DNA of 64,000 nucleotides, taken from positions 1,984,001 to 2,048,000 of the forward strand of contig NC_058368.1 of NCBI RefSeq assembly GCF_018350175.1, read 5' to 3'. The translations under genes were made by a program, and so were the position numbers. Positions 49,912 to 63,569 of the stretch are shown here, one piece after another (within the stretch, counting starts at the first letter, position 1; each line of letters begins with the position of its first letter). Under the pieces are notes generated by a model. That model worked only from the letters and a program-made list of their open reading frames with translations, had not been told where the DNA came from and did no database searches. Origin of the DNA: Felis catus. Its lineage: Eukaryota.

Positions 49912-51039
49912 TTCTAAGAATTCTTTATATATTCCCAAAATAAGTCTATCATCCAATATATGAACTTGGAATATTTTTTCTTATCCCATGGATTGACTTT
50001 TTATTGTTCTAAATGATGTCTTCTGAAAAACAAAGGTTTTTAATTTCAGAAAAGTCACATTTATCAATTTTTCTTTGGTGGTCCATGCTTTTTATATTAG
50101 ATTGAGAAATCTTTACCTTTTGCAAGATTGCAAAGATTTTCTCCTATGTTCTCTTCTAAAAGTTTTTGTAGTTTGTATTTAGGTCTATAATCCATTTTGA
50201 CTTAATTCTTGCGAATGGTGTAGAGTTAAGCGTTCATTTTTGTCCATTAGATTATCCGTTTATCCCAGGACCATTCGCTGAACACACAAAAAACTTCTTT
50301 CCTTTCCCACTGAATTTCCTTGGTAACCTTGTTGAAAATGAGTTCACTATATAAGTGTGAGCCCACTTTTGGACTCTGAATTCTGTTTCACTCATTTGTG
50401 TTATCTATCCTTATGACAATACCACACTGTCTTGATTATTGTATAGCTCTAGAATCTATTATAATCTAAAGTTCTAACTAGTATGAGTCTTGAAACTACA
50501 TAGTTTAAGTATTCTACCTATGTTCTTTTTAATATAGCTTTTGCTATTCCAGGTCCTTTGTAATACATTTAAATTTAGAATCAGCCTGTCAATTTCAATT
50601 AAAAAAAAAAAAAGCCTGCTGTGGCTTTATTGGAATTGTGCTGAATGTACAGATAAGTTTGAGGAGAACTGCCATATTAACAATGTTAAATCTTCCAATC
50701 CATGAACGTGGTATCTCACTCCATTTATTTAGATCTTTTTTAACTCAGTGCTGTTTTATATTTTTTACAGGTCTTGTACACATTTTGTTAAATTTATCCC
50801 TAAGTAGTTCGTATTTCTAAATGCTATTGTAAATGAAATCACATTTTAAATTTCAATTTCCCAGTGTTGCTAGAAAACTACTGATTTTGACATATTGACC
50901 TTTTCCCCTGTGACCATGCTAAATTATTTTGCAGGAAATTATTAGTTCTGGTAATAGATTCCTTAGGATTTCCTACAAAAGGACCATGTCAAATATAAAT
51001 AAAGACAGTTTTACTTATTTTCCAATCTGTGTACTTTTA

Positions 51040-51230
51040 TTTCTTTTTTTAAGTTTCCTTTTTCTTGAGAGAGAGCATGGGAGAAATAGAGAAAGAGGGA
51101 GAGAGACAGAATACCAAGGAGGCTCCGTGCTGTCAGCATGGAGCCTGATATGGGGCTTGAACTCACAAACCACGAGACCATGACCTGAGCTGAAGTCGGA
51201 CGCCTACCTGACCGAGCCCCCCAGGCACCC
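51040..51230 (-). mobile_element. CAN-SINE
   Basis: Reverse SINE body; tgtactttt on both flanks. Confidence 0.85.
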
Positions 51231-51863
51231 ACATGTACTTTTCTCTTTTACTGCTCTTTAGGCACTGGCCAGGACCTCCATAGAAGACGGAAGTGGACAT
51301 CCATACTTTATTACTGATCTTGGAGGCAATATACTCAGAATTTCACCATTAAATGTGATGTTTGCTATAGATTTTACACAAGTGCCCCTTGGGAATTTGA
51401 GGAAGTTCTCTTTTATCCCCAGTCTTGTTATGGATGGCTATTGGAGTTTGTAAAATGCTTTTTCTGCATCTATGGAGATGGCTTTACTCTTCACTTTGTT
51501 GACATGGTGAATTACATCAATTTTCTAATGTTAAAACAATCCTGCATGTCTGGGATAAATTCCACTCAGTCCTGATATATTTTTACTGAATGGCATTTGC
51601 TAATACTTTGGTTAGGATGTTTGCCTTTATATAGTATTTATAAAAGATACTGGAATATTGGTCTATAGTTGTCCTCAGTGGTTATGTCAAGTCTTGATAT
51701 CAGAGCAATATTGGTCTCATAAGATTAGTCAGGAACCACTCCCTACTCCTGTCTTTTGTGAGAAAGTTTGGCTCACGTTACGATTACTTCTTCCTTAACT
51801 GTTTAAGAGAATGCACCAGTGAAGCATCTGAGCCTGTAGTTTTCTTTGTAGGAAGGATCTTAC

Positions 51864-52067
51864 TTTTAAAATTTATTTATTTTGAGATAGAGAGAGAGAG
51901 AGAGAGAGAGAACCAGTGGGGGAGGGGCAAGAAAGGGAGGAAGAGGATCCAAAGCGGACTCTGCTGACAGCAGAGAGCATGATACGGGGCTCGAACTCAC
52001 AAACCGTGAGGTCCGTGAGATTGCGACCTGAGCCAAAGTTGGACACTTAACAGCCACCCAGGCACCC
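51864..52067 (-). mobile_element. CAN-SINE
   Basis: TSD ctttgtaggaagga on both flanks. Confidence 0.88.
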
Positions 52068-52440
52068 CTTTGTAGGAAGGACTTTAATATGAATTGAACA
52101 GGTATTAGGTTATCAGATTTTTCTATTTCTTCTGGTTTTAATTTGGTAGTTTTTGTCTTCCAACAAATGTGTCCCTCCATCTCATCTAAGTCACATTTAT
52201 TAGATCACGAATTTATTGTTTACATATTCCCTTACAATCTTTTTAGTGTCTTTAGGCCCCTTGGTAATATCCCTTCATTCATTCCTGAAATTGGTCATTT
52301 GCTTCCTCTGTGTTTTTTCTTATTTACTTATTTGGGTAAGCTTGGCTAGAAATGTATCAATCTTATTGATCTATTCAAAGAACCAGCTTTTGGCTCCCCT
52401 GATTTTCTCAACTGTTCTTTTTTCTTTAATTAAAAAAAAG

Positions 52441-52632
52441 TTTTGTTTTCATTTATTTATTTTTGAGAGACAGAGAGAGACACAGTGTGAGTGGGGGAGG
52501 GGCAGAGAGAGAGGGAGACACAGAATCCGAAGCAGGCTCCAGGCTCCGAGCTGTCAGCACAGAGCCCGACGCGGGGCTCGAACTCACAAACTGTAAGATC
52601 ATGACCTGAGCCGAAGTCGGACGTTTAACCAA
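52441..52632 (-). mobile_element. CAN-SINE lacking its 5' head
   Basis: Body stops at ...gtcggacgtttaaccaac with no ggggcgcc head. Confidence 0.88.
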
Positions 52633-52880
52633 CTTATTTGTTCTTATAGTTTGTTTTCTTTATTGTTTCTTTTCTTTGACTTACCTTGGGTTTAATTTAC
52701 TGTTCTTTTTTTCTATCTTCCCAAGGGAGAAAGTTAGATAATTGATTTTAGGCTTCTTTTCTAAAGTATACACTTAAAACTATGAATTTCCCTCTAAATA
52801 CTGCTTTAGCAAAATCTCACAAATTTTGATATATAATTATTCAGAACAAGTACTTTACAATTTCCTTTGTGATTTCTTTT

Positions 52881-53095
52881 TTTAATTTTTTTTAACATTT
52901 ATTTATTTTTGAGAGAGAGACAGAGCATGAGCGGGGGAAGGGCAGAGAGAGAGGAGACACAGAATCTGAAGCAGGCTGCAGGCTCTGAGGAAGCTGTCAG
53001 CACAGAGCCTGATGCGGGGCTTGAATCCACAAACTGTGAGATCACGACCTAAGCCGAAGTCACATGCTCAACCGACTGAGCGACCCAGGCATCCC
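52881..53095 (-). mobile_element. CAN-SINE
   Basis: TSD cctttgtgatttctttt on both flanks. Confidence 0.9.
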
Positions 53096-53741
53096 CCTTT
53101 GTGATTTCTTTTCTAAGTCATGACTTGTTTAGATAGGAGCTGTTTAACATCCAGATATTCAGGGCTTTTAAAGATTTTAACTTTTTTCTAATCTAATTTC
53201 ATTGTGGTCAGAGAACATACTGTTAAGATTTCAATCTTTGAGAAGTTACTGAGACTTCTTTCTCAACAAGCGATCCACCTGTGAACATTCTACATGCACT
53301 AGAAAAGAACACTGATTCTGCATTTACTGTGATGTTTACAAATGTCAGTCACGAAGTTCCAGTGGTTGACGATGTTCCAGTCTCCTCCACGCTTACTGAT
53401 ACTCGTCTCCCTGCCCCACCACCTGTTGAGAGGCGGGCCGGGGCTCCACATAGGATTGGGGCTTGGCTGATTTTTCCTTTGCTCTTGCTCTGTCTACTTC
53501 ACTTCACATGGTCTGAAGCTTTGTGTTTAAATGCACACTCGTTACTGCATCTTCCCGATATACAGGCCCTTTTATTATAAAGCGGTCCTCCTTGTCTCAA
53601 GTAGCACTCATCTTGAAGGGCACTTACTCTGATATTAATGTTGCCACTACATCTATTTTATGTTTACTGTTTGCATGGCTTATCTTTCCCCAGACTTTTG
53701 TTTGAGGTCTAATTGTGTCCTTGTATTTAAGAAGTGTGTCT

Positions 53742-53910
53742 GGGGGCCCCAGGGGATCAGTCAGTTCTAAGTGTCTGACTCTTGATTTTAGCACTGGTCA
53801 CGATCTTCGTTCACCGCGTCAGGCTCTGCACTGACAGCACAGTGCCTGCCCGGATTCTCTCTGCCTCTCGTCTGCTCACATGTGCACTCTATTGCTCTCA
53901 AAATAAACAT
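53742..53910 (+). mobile_element. Diverged CAN-SINE whose tail continues as a ~440-bp purine repeat
   Basis: TSD agaagtgtgtct at 53730-53741 and 54351-54362. Confidence 0.85.
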
Positions 53911-53913
53911 GTG

Positions 53914-54353
<440 letters not shown>

Positions 54354-54726
54354 AGTGTGTCTTACAGACAGGATATAGTTGCTTTTTAATACAGTAGGAC
54401 AACCTCTAACTTTTGATCGGAGTGCTTAACCCCTTTGAGCAAATGTAATTATTAACATGGCTTTATGTAAGCCTGTCATTCCTATTTATCTCATCTGTGG
54501 TTTGTTCCTTTGTTCCTCCCTCCCTGCCTCCCTTCATGGTAATCAAAATTTTCTTAGTATTCCATTTTATTCCCTAATTGGCTCTCTAGCTTTAGCTCTT
54601 TGAATTGCTCTTAGAGCAATCTACAAACTGCAATGTGCATTTTTAATTTATCACAATCTACTTAAATGTTAATTTGTAATTATGTCACACGAAACACAGA
54701 AACCTTGCATAAATAATACAATTCCA

Positions 54727-54943
54727 GGGTGCCTGGGTGGCTCAGTCAGTTAAGTGTCCGACTTCGGCTCAGGTCATGATCTCACGGTTCGTGGGTTCGA
54801 GCCCCGTGTCGGGCTCTGTGCTGACAGCTCAGAGCCTGGAACCTGCTTCAGATTCTGTGTCTCCCTCTCTCTGTCCCTCCCCCACTGGCGCTCTGGCTCC
54901 CTCTGTCTCAAAAATAAACAAACATTTAAAAAAAGTTAAAAAA
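54727..54943 (+). mobile_element. CAN-SINE
   Basis: TSD aataatacaattcca on both flanks. Confidence 0.92.
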
Positions 54944-55212
54944 AATAATACAATTCCACTCAATCCCTTGTCCATATGTATTGTTATATCTATATGTCAG
55001 ATAAACCCACTGATACAGTATAGTTTTTGCTTTAAATACTGATGTCTTTTAAAGAAATTGAGAGAAAGAAAGGAATAAATTAGTCTTTCATACTTGTTGA
55101 TATTTAGTATTCCAAGTGCTCTTCACTCCTCCCTGTATATCCTATATTTCTTTTAGTGCAAATGGTTACAAATTTTCTCAGATTTTTGTTTCTCTGGAAA
55201 CGTCTTCACTTT

Positions 55213-55443
55213 CTTTTTTTATTTTTTAAAAATTTTTTAATGATAATGTTTTGAGAGAGGGAGAGAGTGCACAAGTAGGGGCGGGGCAGAGAGAGAGAGG
55301 GAGACACAGAATCTAAAGCAGGCTCCAGGCTCCTAGCTGTCAGCACAGAGCCTGACGCGGGGCTCGAACTCACGAACCGTGCCGTGAGATCATGACCTGA
55401 GCCGAAGCCAGACGCTTAACCGACTGAGCCACCCAGGCGCCCC
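55213..55443 (-). mobile_element. CAN-SINE
   Basis: TSD gaaacgtcttcactttc on both flanks. Confidence 0.92.
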
Positions 55444-55820
55444 AAAGAAACGTCTTCACTTTCATTTCTGAAGGACAGTTCTGCTACGTATAGAATTCTC
55501 AGTGGACAGATTTTCTTCTTACTTCAGCGCTCTGGTAAATGAGAGAGTCCAGCCAGAAGCAACCAGGCATTGAGAGGAAGGATCTCAGGCCTCAGACCTC
55601 AGACCTCTCTGAATCCTCCGTGCTTAGCACAGTGCATGACACCTTATAGGTGCTCAATAAATATGTGCTCAAAGGACTGCAGACATTATTTGGGTTCACT
55701 TCTGATTCTGCCTTTTACTCCTACTGAATGTTACTCAACCTCTGGGCAAAACTAACTTGCATGAAACAATTATAGAACAAGACTCCTGGAGTGATTTCAC
55801 TTTTAAAAATCTAACGTTGG

Positions 55821-56066
55821 GGGGCGCCTGGGTGGCGCAGTCGGGGCGCCTGGGTGGCACAGTCGGTTAAGCGTCCGACTTCAGCCAGGTCACGATCTCG
55901 CAGTCCGTGAGTTCGAGCCCTGCGTCAGGCTCTGGGCTGATGGCTCGGAGCCTGGAGCCTGTTTCCGATTCTGTGTGTCTCCCTCTCTCTCTGCCCCTCC
56001 CCCGTTCATGCTCTGTCTCTCTCTGTCCCAAAAATAAATAAACGTTGAAAAAAAAATTAAAAAAAA
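55821..56066 (+). mobile_element. Young CAN-SINE with a duplicated 22-nt head
   Basis: TSD aaaaatctaacgttgg at 55805-55820 and 56067-56082. Confidence 0.93.
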
Positions 56067-56466
56067 AAAAATCTAACGTTGGATTTTTGTTGATAATAAC
56101 GAAAACCTTGAAATAATCTCATTGCCCCAAAACAGGGGAACTGTTAAATTCTGGCAGATGGCAGTCCACCATGACGGCATATAAACGTTTTAGACTAATG
56201 TTTTCATTGATATGAAGAAATGCTTTGTAAATAAATGTGGAGGGAAAAGAATTCAGGACATAAAATAAGGAACAGCCAGATCTGGATTTCTTAGTGTCAC
56301 TACTTAGAAGACGCGTTATCTGCCGTGTGCACGGTAACCTGTGAACTAGTTCTCTCCTCTGTAAACGTTGACAGTGACAGAACCTTCCACATGGGCTTGA
56401 TGAGAGGATTAAGCGATATTCACATAGTAGTTGCTCAAATATACTATTTTCATTGACAAGTAGTTC

Positions 56467-56562
56467 CAGTGGGTGATGGGCACTGAGGAGGGCACCTGCT
56501 GGGATGAGCACTGGGTGTTGTCTGGAAACCAATCTGACAATAAATTTCGTCTTAAAAAAAAA
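56467..56562 (+). mobile_element. Extremely 5'-truncated carnivore L1 (3' tip only)
   Basis: gagggcacctgctgggatgagcactgggtgttg...caataaatt plus A tail; TSD aagtagttc at 56458-56466 and 56563-56571. Confidence 0.8.
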
Positions 56563-56731
56563 AAGTAGTTCTAAAATACTAACCACGTAGTCATGAAAAT
56601 TATGTTAAAATTAAATCTACATGTTTATTTTGTTGAATGTGTTAACAGTATTGTGATTATGTTTTTTATTCTGTTGTGTTTTGTATCTTTTTCTGTCTTT
56701 TAGAGATACATTTAAGTATACATGAGTGATA

Positions 56732-56940
56732 GGGGTACCTGGTGGCTCAGTTGGTTGAGTGTCTGATTCTTGATTTCAGCTCAGGGCATGATCTCATGGT
56801 CGTGAGATCGAGTCCCACACTGAGTGCACAGCCTGCTTGGGATTCTCCCTGTCCCTCTCTCTCTGCCCCTTCCCCGCTCACCCGTGCTCTCTCTTCTCTC
56901 TCAAAATAAATAAAAAAACATTTTTTAAAAATAATAAAAA
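56732..56940 (+). mobile_element. CAN-SINE
   Basis: atgagtgata repeated on both flanks. Confidence 0.87.
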
Positions 56941-57117
56941 CATATATGAGTGATAAATGAAATGATGCCTGATATGTTTTTTAAATATCCTAGATACTAT
57001 ACTTCAATTAAGTAACATACTTTCTAAAAAGTTGTCCAGAGAAAAATATTAATGTACTTTTAAATTTTTTCCAAAATAAAGAGTTAATCAAAACAACAAA
57101 AGAAATATAATATGGTA

Positions 57118-57327
57118 GGGGCGCCTGGGTGGCTTAGTCAGTTAAGCATCTGACTTCGGCTCAGGTCATGATCTCTCTGTCTGTGAACTGAAAGCCTGGC
57201 GTCGGGCTCTGTGCTGACAGCTCAGAGCCTGGAGCCTGTTTCAGATCCTGTGTGTGTCTCTCTCTCTGTCCCTCCCCTGCTCATGTCCTGTCTCCCTCTG
57301 TCTCAAAAATAAATAAACGTTAAAAAA

Positions 57328-57378
<51 letters not shown>

Positions 57379-57380
57379 AA
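57118..57380 (+). mobile_element. CAN-SINE with a (TAAA)n tail microsatellite
   Basis: SINE body; (TAAA)n at about 57328-57380. Confidence 0.9.
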
Positions 57381-59149
57381 TATGGCCAAATAACAGTGAT
57401 TATCCCTGGACAGTGGGTTGATGGGTCAACTCTACTATAGGAAAATGTCTTCCTCTTATAAATGGTAGGGTGACAGTTATTTCTCTCTTTCTCTTTCAAG
57501 TTTCATGGGTAAAACTGAGAGACTTCTAGCTTTGGGTCTGCCCCTCACCTGCTGTATAGCCTTAAACTGACCACATCATCTTTCTGGGTCTCCGTTAATT
57601 CAACTGTGTAAAGAGTCCTGTGGGCTAGATAGTCCCTACGACCGTGTAGACCACGGTTCCCTGGATGGTGCTGAGAGAAACAGGAATTCGGAAAAGGGAG
57701 AGCCCCGCTTGTGCTGGAAAAGGCCACAACGATGAATCATGGCAGAAGTGGGGCGGGAGTGGGTAGACACGGCTGGGCTGGCGGGGAGTGCAAAGCCAGC
57801 GAGTGAAGCCAGTGTGGGAGAGAGTCGCCCAGCTTGGTGGTAGTTGCCTCTCGTGTAAAGAGGCAAACACAGCTGGAGCAGGCGGGCTGTAGGGAACGAG
57901 AGAGATAACGGAGTCTGGTAAGTTAAGCGGAGATCAGACGGCGGAGTGGATACCAAGGGAGTGGCTGACTGTCACCTTTTAGGAAAGAGATACTGGGTCA
58001 AAGAGACTATTAGAAGAATCTAGATGGAGAGCAGGGTGTTAGCACTATTAGAAGAATCAGGATGGAGAAAAGACAAGGATGTGAAAGCTACACAGGAGGA
58101 AAAAATAGGAACTGGGGAAAGTATTCATTGGTGACTGAAGTAGAGATTATAGTCAAAGAGAAGTCAACGACAGAGGTCTCAACTTTTTTTGATGAACCCT
58201 CCCAGACCTTCTTGAGAGAAGGCGAGAGGAAAAAGGAGAGACAGAGCACACGTTTCATGTTGTAGGAGGAAGAGTTCTGAAACTACCAGTGAAATCCTGA
58301 CGGAAGGGCAGGCTGCGTCTGTGCTGACTTGAGTCCTCTTTCTACTGGAGATCTCAGGAACCTTGGCCCAAAAGGTGGAGACCAAATATGGCAGACTGGA
58401 ACCAAGCACACAGGACTTCGGAACAGATCGCCAGACACAGGAGGGGGCCTCTTACGTGAACACTTCCAGCCAAAAACACTGGAGGAACGGTGGGGACGCC
58501 AGAGCAGCAGTCGAATGAACCGCGTGGCGTCCAGGGAGAAGGAGGACGTGATAGGGGCACACGCACTTTCCAGAAGCCTCCTCTAAGGCCCTGGAGGCTG
58601 ACGGCTGCCACAGAAGCCGATCTGCTCCAGTGCACTCCACTCGTGCCTGGGCCTTCTAGATGCCAAACACCACTAGCTTTACAACGGCCCTCTGCGCAGT
58701 AAAAGCTTCCATAAACCCAACGAAATTGCTTTAAACTTACATTGAATGTTTACTTGTTGCCCAGAGAAATGTCGGTACCGTTAATCACTTGTCTTGAAAC
58801 GACCTTTATTTCTGCCCAATGTCGTGACTGACCGGATAGATATCAAAGCCACAACAGCACACGCCTTGCACAGGTCAGAGCAAACCTCCTCCGCGTGGTT
58901 ACCACTAAGGCTGGCGAGAGGGCGACGCCGTCCCCGTGAAGCTCCCTGCAACCCTGCTCTCCAGCCACCTCACACACTTCCCAGACCGATGACACACAGC
59001 ACTGTGGTTCAGCCACCTTCCCTTGTGTGCCCACCGCGGGCCGGGCGCTTTACGTTCCTTCTGGTCTGCAGCACAACTCCTACCCCGGGACTGATGGTTA
59101 CCCAAAGCGTAGAGATGAAGAACCGTGGGCTCGGACCAGTAAGTTGTTA

Positions 59150-59650
59150 GCCTGTGGTGACGGCCAGCGGGACACGTGGCTGTGTTCTGGTCTCCTGGCC
59201 AAACCCGTCGCCTGACTTACCGAGATCCTTTCCTCCTTACTAACAGAAGCCCGGTTCTATCAGGGGCAGCCATGTGCCCAGCTAAGTACACATTTCCAAG
59301 GCTGCTTTAACCTCCTGCGGCCAAGTGACTAGGTTCTGGCAGGTGAGGCGTGGAGGAACGCGCCTCAAGGAAGAGCCAGCGCCAGATGGGCATCTTTGCT
59401 GCTGTGCTCCTGCCTCCTGCAAGCATCGCTGACTGGAGAGGTGCCAGCTGGTGCACCGGAGCTGGAAGGCTTGAATCGTGGAGAACAGAACCAAAAGAGG
59501 GGAGGAGCCTGGGTCCTCGAGGACACTGCAGAACCACCAAGCTGGCCGTGTCCGACCAACCTGCAGCCTCCATCATGTCCCCTATGGCTATTAAGCTCTG
59601 TAGCTAGGGATCTGTCACCAGCAGCTCAATTCGATTCCCAAATCATACTC
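59150..59650 (+). mobile_element. MLT1-like (MaLR) LTR remnant
   Basis: ggggcagccatgtgcccagctaa, acatttcc, gtgactaggttctggca, ggaggagcctgggtcctcgaggac are typical of old MLT1J/K-type LTRs. Confidence 0.65.
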
Positions 59651-61107
59651 CGAGCAAGCTCCGTCTGAACTGAAATCCAGTCTGTCCAACTCTAATAGCT
59701 GGAGATCTCTGCTGAGCCTTCACCGTTTAGCCACAGCTATGCTAGACGCTCGGGGTAAGGGGGAGGGCATAAAGAATGGCATCAAGGGAAGACAAACTTC
59801 CTACGGTTTCCCATATCTCCAGGAAAGACACCGAGTACACTTACAAAAATTCAAATTGTTGCGCGGAAAGATGAGTCAATTATACAAAATCACAAATCTG
59901 AAAAACAATTATGAAAAACATCTCCCTTCCCAATATACTTACTAAAGAAAATTCTAAAAATCCAAGATGAGTAGAACTTCCATAAAACTTGCATGATGAA
60001 CGTATTCTGCGTTAAACTTGAGAACTACGAAACCCTGGTGGTAACTGAATGTTAACACCAAAACAAGGAGCAGCTGGGTAGTGACAATGCTAACAAATGT
60101 GGCTTTTTTGTCATTAAGTTTGAAATTTATAATAACTGCATGAAAAGTTAAAGGATGTAAAAAAACCCTCAGTTTCCTTGTTGAGTTATCTCACAACAGG
60201 TTGGCAATGACAGGGACAGTTTAGGGAGCCCTGAACGGACTGCACGCAAACATCAGATTCGGATGTCGGAGCCACTTCCTAGGACCCACTCTACCGAGTT
60301 CAACGCAGAGCTGAGGTTGCAGGCAGTGGCTGCGCCTTCGTCACCATCGGGGCCCCTCAGGAAGGGCTCATACCCAAGCCCTACTCCTCACCAAATGAAT
60401 CCAATCTCTAATGCTGGGGCTTGGGCAGCAGTACTTTTCCAACGTTCCCAAATTGGAAACCATCCTCTGTATTCCACATCCTCTGTAGCACTTGCCGTAT
60501 CTCCGGCACTTGCCGGGGGAAAGCGCTATGCAACAGAACATATTAAAATGCTCACTGATCACCTACTAGGGTGGCGTGAGCCATCTAATGGCCACAGACA
60601 TATTTGTAATGGCAAATAACCATCCCAGTAGGAAACTGCTGGTTTTAGGTAAACAATTATTTGTGACTCCCAACATTCTTCACATTATGGCACATATGGA
60701 AAACACGAATAGTTGTACCGCATGCTTGGATAAAGGGGAAAGGTTGTGCAAAGAGAAGGCCAGGAACCGGGGCCCCTGAGGGCAGCCAGACCCAACACCT
60801 GCGCAAACTCGTAGCCCGTCGTTTCTAAAACCCAGCCAGACAGCTCCGCTCAGCACACAACACACTGTGGGGCACACACCAAGCTGAACGTCCAGATGTT
60901 GCTGCCCTGGGCTTGTTATGGCCTGTCCTTCTCCCCAGAGGGCAGGCCTCGCCGACCTGTCAGCCAACTACTCTCCAGGATGACAAGTTCCCAAGTCGGC
61001 TAGCAGGTGGGCCACGCACCGGGAGGAGAGACATGATGTTCCTCAAGAGATGTATTTTGGTCTTGATGTACTAGACTCTGCATCCTGTTTTAAGAGGAAG
61101 ATGGACC

Positions 61108-61344
61108 AGGGCACCGGGGGGCTCAGTCGGTTGAGCATCCGACTTCGGCCCAGGTCATGATCCCGCACTTCGTGGGTTCGAGCCTCGTGTCGGGCTCTGT
61201 GCTGATGGCTCAGAGCCCGGAGCCTGCTTCGGATTCTGTGTCTCCCTCTCTCTCTGCCCCTCCCCCACTCACACTCTGTCTCTGTCTCCCCCCAAAATAA
61301 GTAAATGGTAAAAAAAAAAAAAAAGAAAAGAAAAGAAAAAAAAA
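61108..61344 (+). mobile_element. CAN-SINE
   Basis: SINE body and A-rich tail. Confidence 0.9.
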
Positions 61345-62184
61345 AGAGGGCGACAGATCCAATCTCAGACACTTAAATAAGGGCCTCCCCTCAAAATATG
61401 GCAGTTTTCCGCTACTTACGTCTGCAAAACTGTCACCACTGTCTATTACCACACGCCTACGGCCACTGTTAAGAATGCAGAACAAACCACCAACCTGACA
61501 AACAGAGGTGTCGTTTTGTAGGAGTCGCAGAACTCATTGTTGGCAGGGTTGGAAACAGAAAGACAGTTTAAAAAATGTTTAAAAGAAACTTGACAAAATA
61601 GAAACCGTCGGAATTTGCCAGTTGTGCGAGTACTCGTTTGTCCGAATCCTTCCGTTTCTAAAATGTTTTCTGAGTCAATCAGGGATATCTATGGAGGTTT
61701 ATGCAAAAGGCTGTTCATCACAGCGTTAACTAAACGAGGAGCCATCACACCGAGGCGGCTCCTGTGCCTCCATCGATGCGAGCAAAGCAAACCCGTGCCC
61801 GTGATGCCGCCAGGAGAGGGAATTGGAACCTGAGGACAACTGACCATCCAGAGCCGGCCAGGCTTTCCCAAACAAGGTAACCGCTGAAGTGTGGCCACGC
61901 AAATACTCCTCTTGCTCTGCTTCTGCGTCTTCCCCCACGAAAGTCTCTTCCCCCACGAAAGTCTCTCCCTGAGCACCCGTCGGTGGAGCACTCGTAGCCA
62001 CTTCCGAGTTGCGGCCGCCAACCGGAGTCATCTTTGCTCGGGTCAGCTTCCAAAATGTTTAACGTGCTTCGGTTACCCGTGCACACCATTTATTTACAAT
62101 GAACTATAAAACTTCCATTTGGACAGTGGAATACAATACAGGTGTGGAAAATGGAAACGTTTATAACGAATCATCCGTCCCTCC

Positions 62185-62700
62185 GTTTAAACAGCAGATG
62201 TTTTTGAGAGTTTGCAGTCTTAGGTCCAGGAGAATGAAGACCAGAACAAAACCACTGCCTAACGGGGCTTAACTCTGAGGAGACAAATGGATATTACACA
62301 ACACACGCAACGAAACACTCAGGAACAAATTGTGAAAAACGCTATGGAGGGAAATTGCTGGAATGACAGAGAATAAAACAGAGGGATCTGGTTTAGACTA
62401 GGGGGGTCAGAAATTACTTTTCTGAATCTGTGACAGCAAGACAAGGCTTCAAAAGGAGTAGGCAGTTCTCAGGCCAGACAGGGCCAGTGCTGGGAAGTGG
62501 GAGGGAAGGCAGTGAAGCCCCCGGGGCCACAGCACCAACTGCAGGACACGGGGTGTGACCGGAGGCTGTGACATGGGCCCTGCCTGCGGGTCAGGAATTC
62601 ATCCCAAGTGCGGTGGAAAGGTTTCGAGAAGGAAATGACAGGATCTTTTCCTTTTCAGAATGACTACGGGGAGGGTTCTGTGCAGGGAACAGATGAGGAG
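62185..62700. mobile_element. L2-like remnant
   Basis: aacagcagatgtttttgagag...aaaacgctatggagggaaa...ggggtcagaaattacttttctga...tgggaag-like...gagaaggaaatgacaggatc pattern. Confidence 0.45.
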
Positions 62701-63569
62701 GGGCCGGGAGGTACCGTAGGCAGTACCATGAGGCAAAGGCGAAGGCTTGGCAGGTGGGGGACGGGGCGGGGGAGTGTGAACACGCAGGGCACAGTCTGGC
62801 AGGGGACTGACTGGCCGCGACGATGGGTAAGGAGGGTGAGAAGAGACAGATTATACACGTATGCTTTTTGTAAAGGAAGAAGTGGGATCATCCTGCAAAT
62901 ACTGTTTTTCCCACCTGGCACGTCCCTCCTTTCCTTAAATTCCTTTAGTCGGAAAAAAACTTGGTCACTTTTATACCAAAATGTTCAGAGTGATCATATC
63001 TGAGCTGTCAGAACTACAAGCAATTTTTCTTTTCTTCTTACACTCTTCTGTATTTTTCAAGCTTCCACAACGAACACATACTACTTTCAAAACTAGGGGG
63101 AGGCCTGTGTGGTGTGTTGGGGGGGGAGGGTATAAAACAAGGGTATGATGTGCTTGCGTCTTGTCAAATGAATTTTAAATAGCCGACTTTAATAAAACAT
63201 ACAGTTTATCTTTCGCAAGGCCACATTTAATTTGAGAGGCAAAGGCAAAAAAAAAAAGAGGGGGAAAGCAAGGAACTGCTACACCCAAAAGCCATTGTAA
63301 TACAATTTCCTGTCACATTACTGGCATTCCTAAACTTAAGTGTTTCTTTTTTCCTTCTCCTCTTATTGACATTTCTGGGCAGTACCGGGTGGGTGTTGGT
63401 AACCCTGAAAAGTGGTTCCCTTCCCAGAGGAAGGGACAAGGAGGAAATGTGCCTGTTATCTAAACTCCTTCTTTTTTCATTAGCAAAACCCCTGCATTAC
63501 AGAGAAATGATCTCGAGGCAGGGCTTGTCACCAGGATAAAGAACAGCACTTCGGGGTTAACACTTCTCT

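Noticed and set aside
58006..58068. Imperfect 25-nt direct repeat (actattagaagaatc..gatggaga) with 38-nt spacing
   Set aside because: Only two copies and no enclosed element; most likely an old local duplication with no further meaning.
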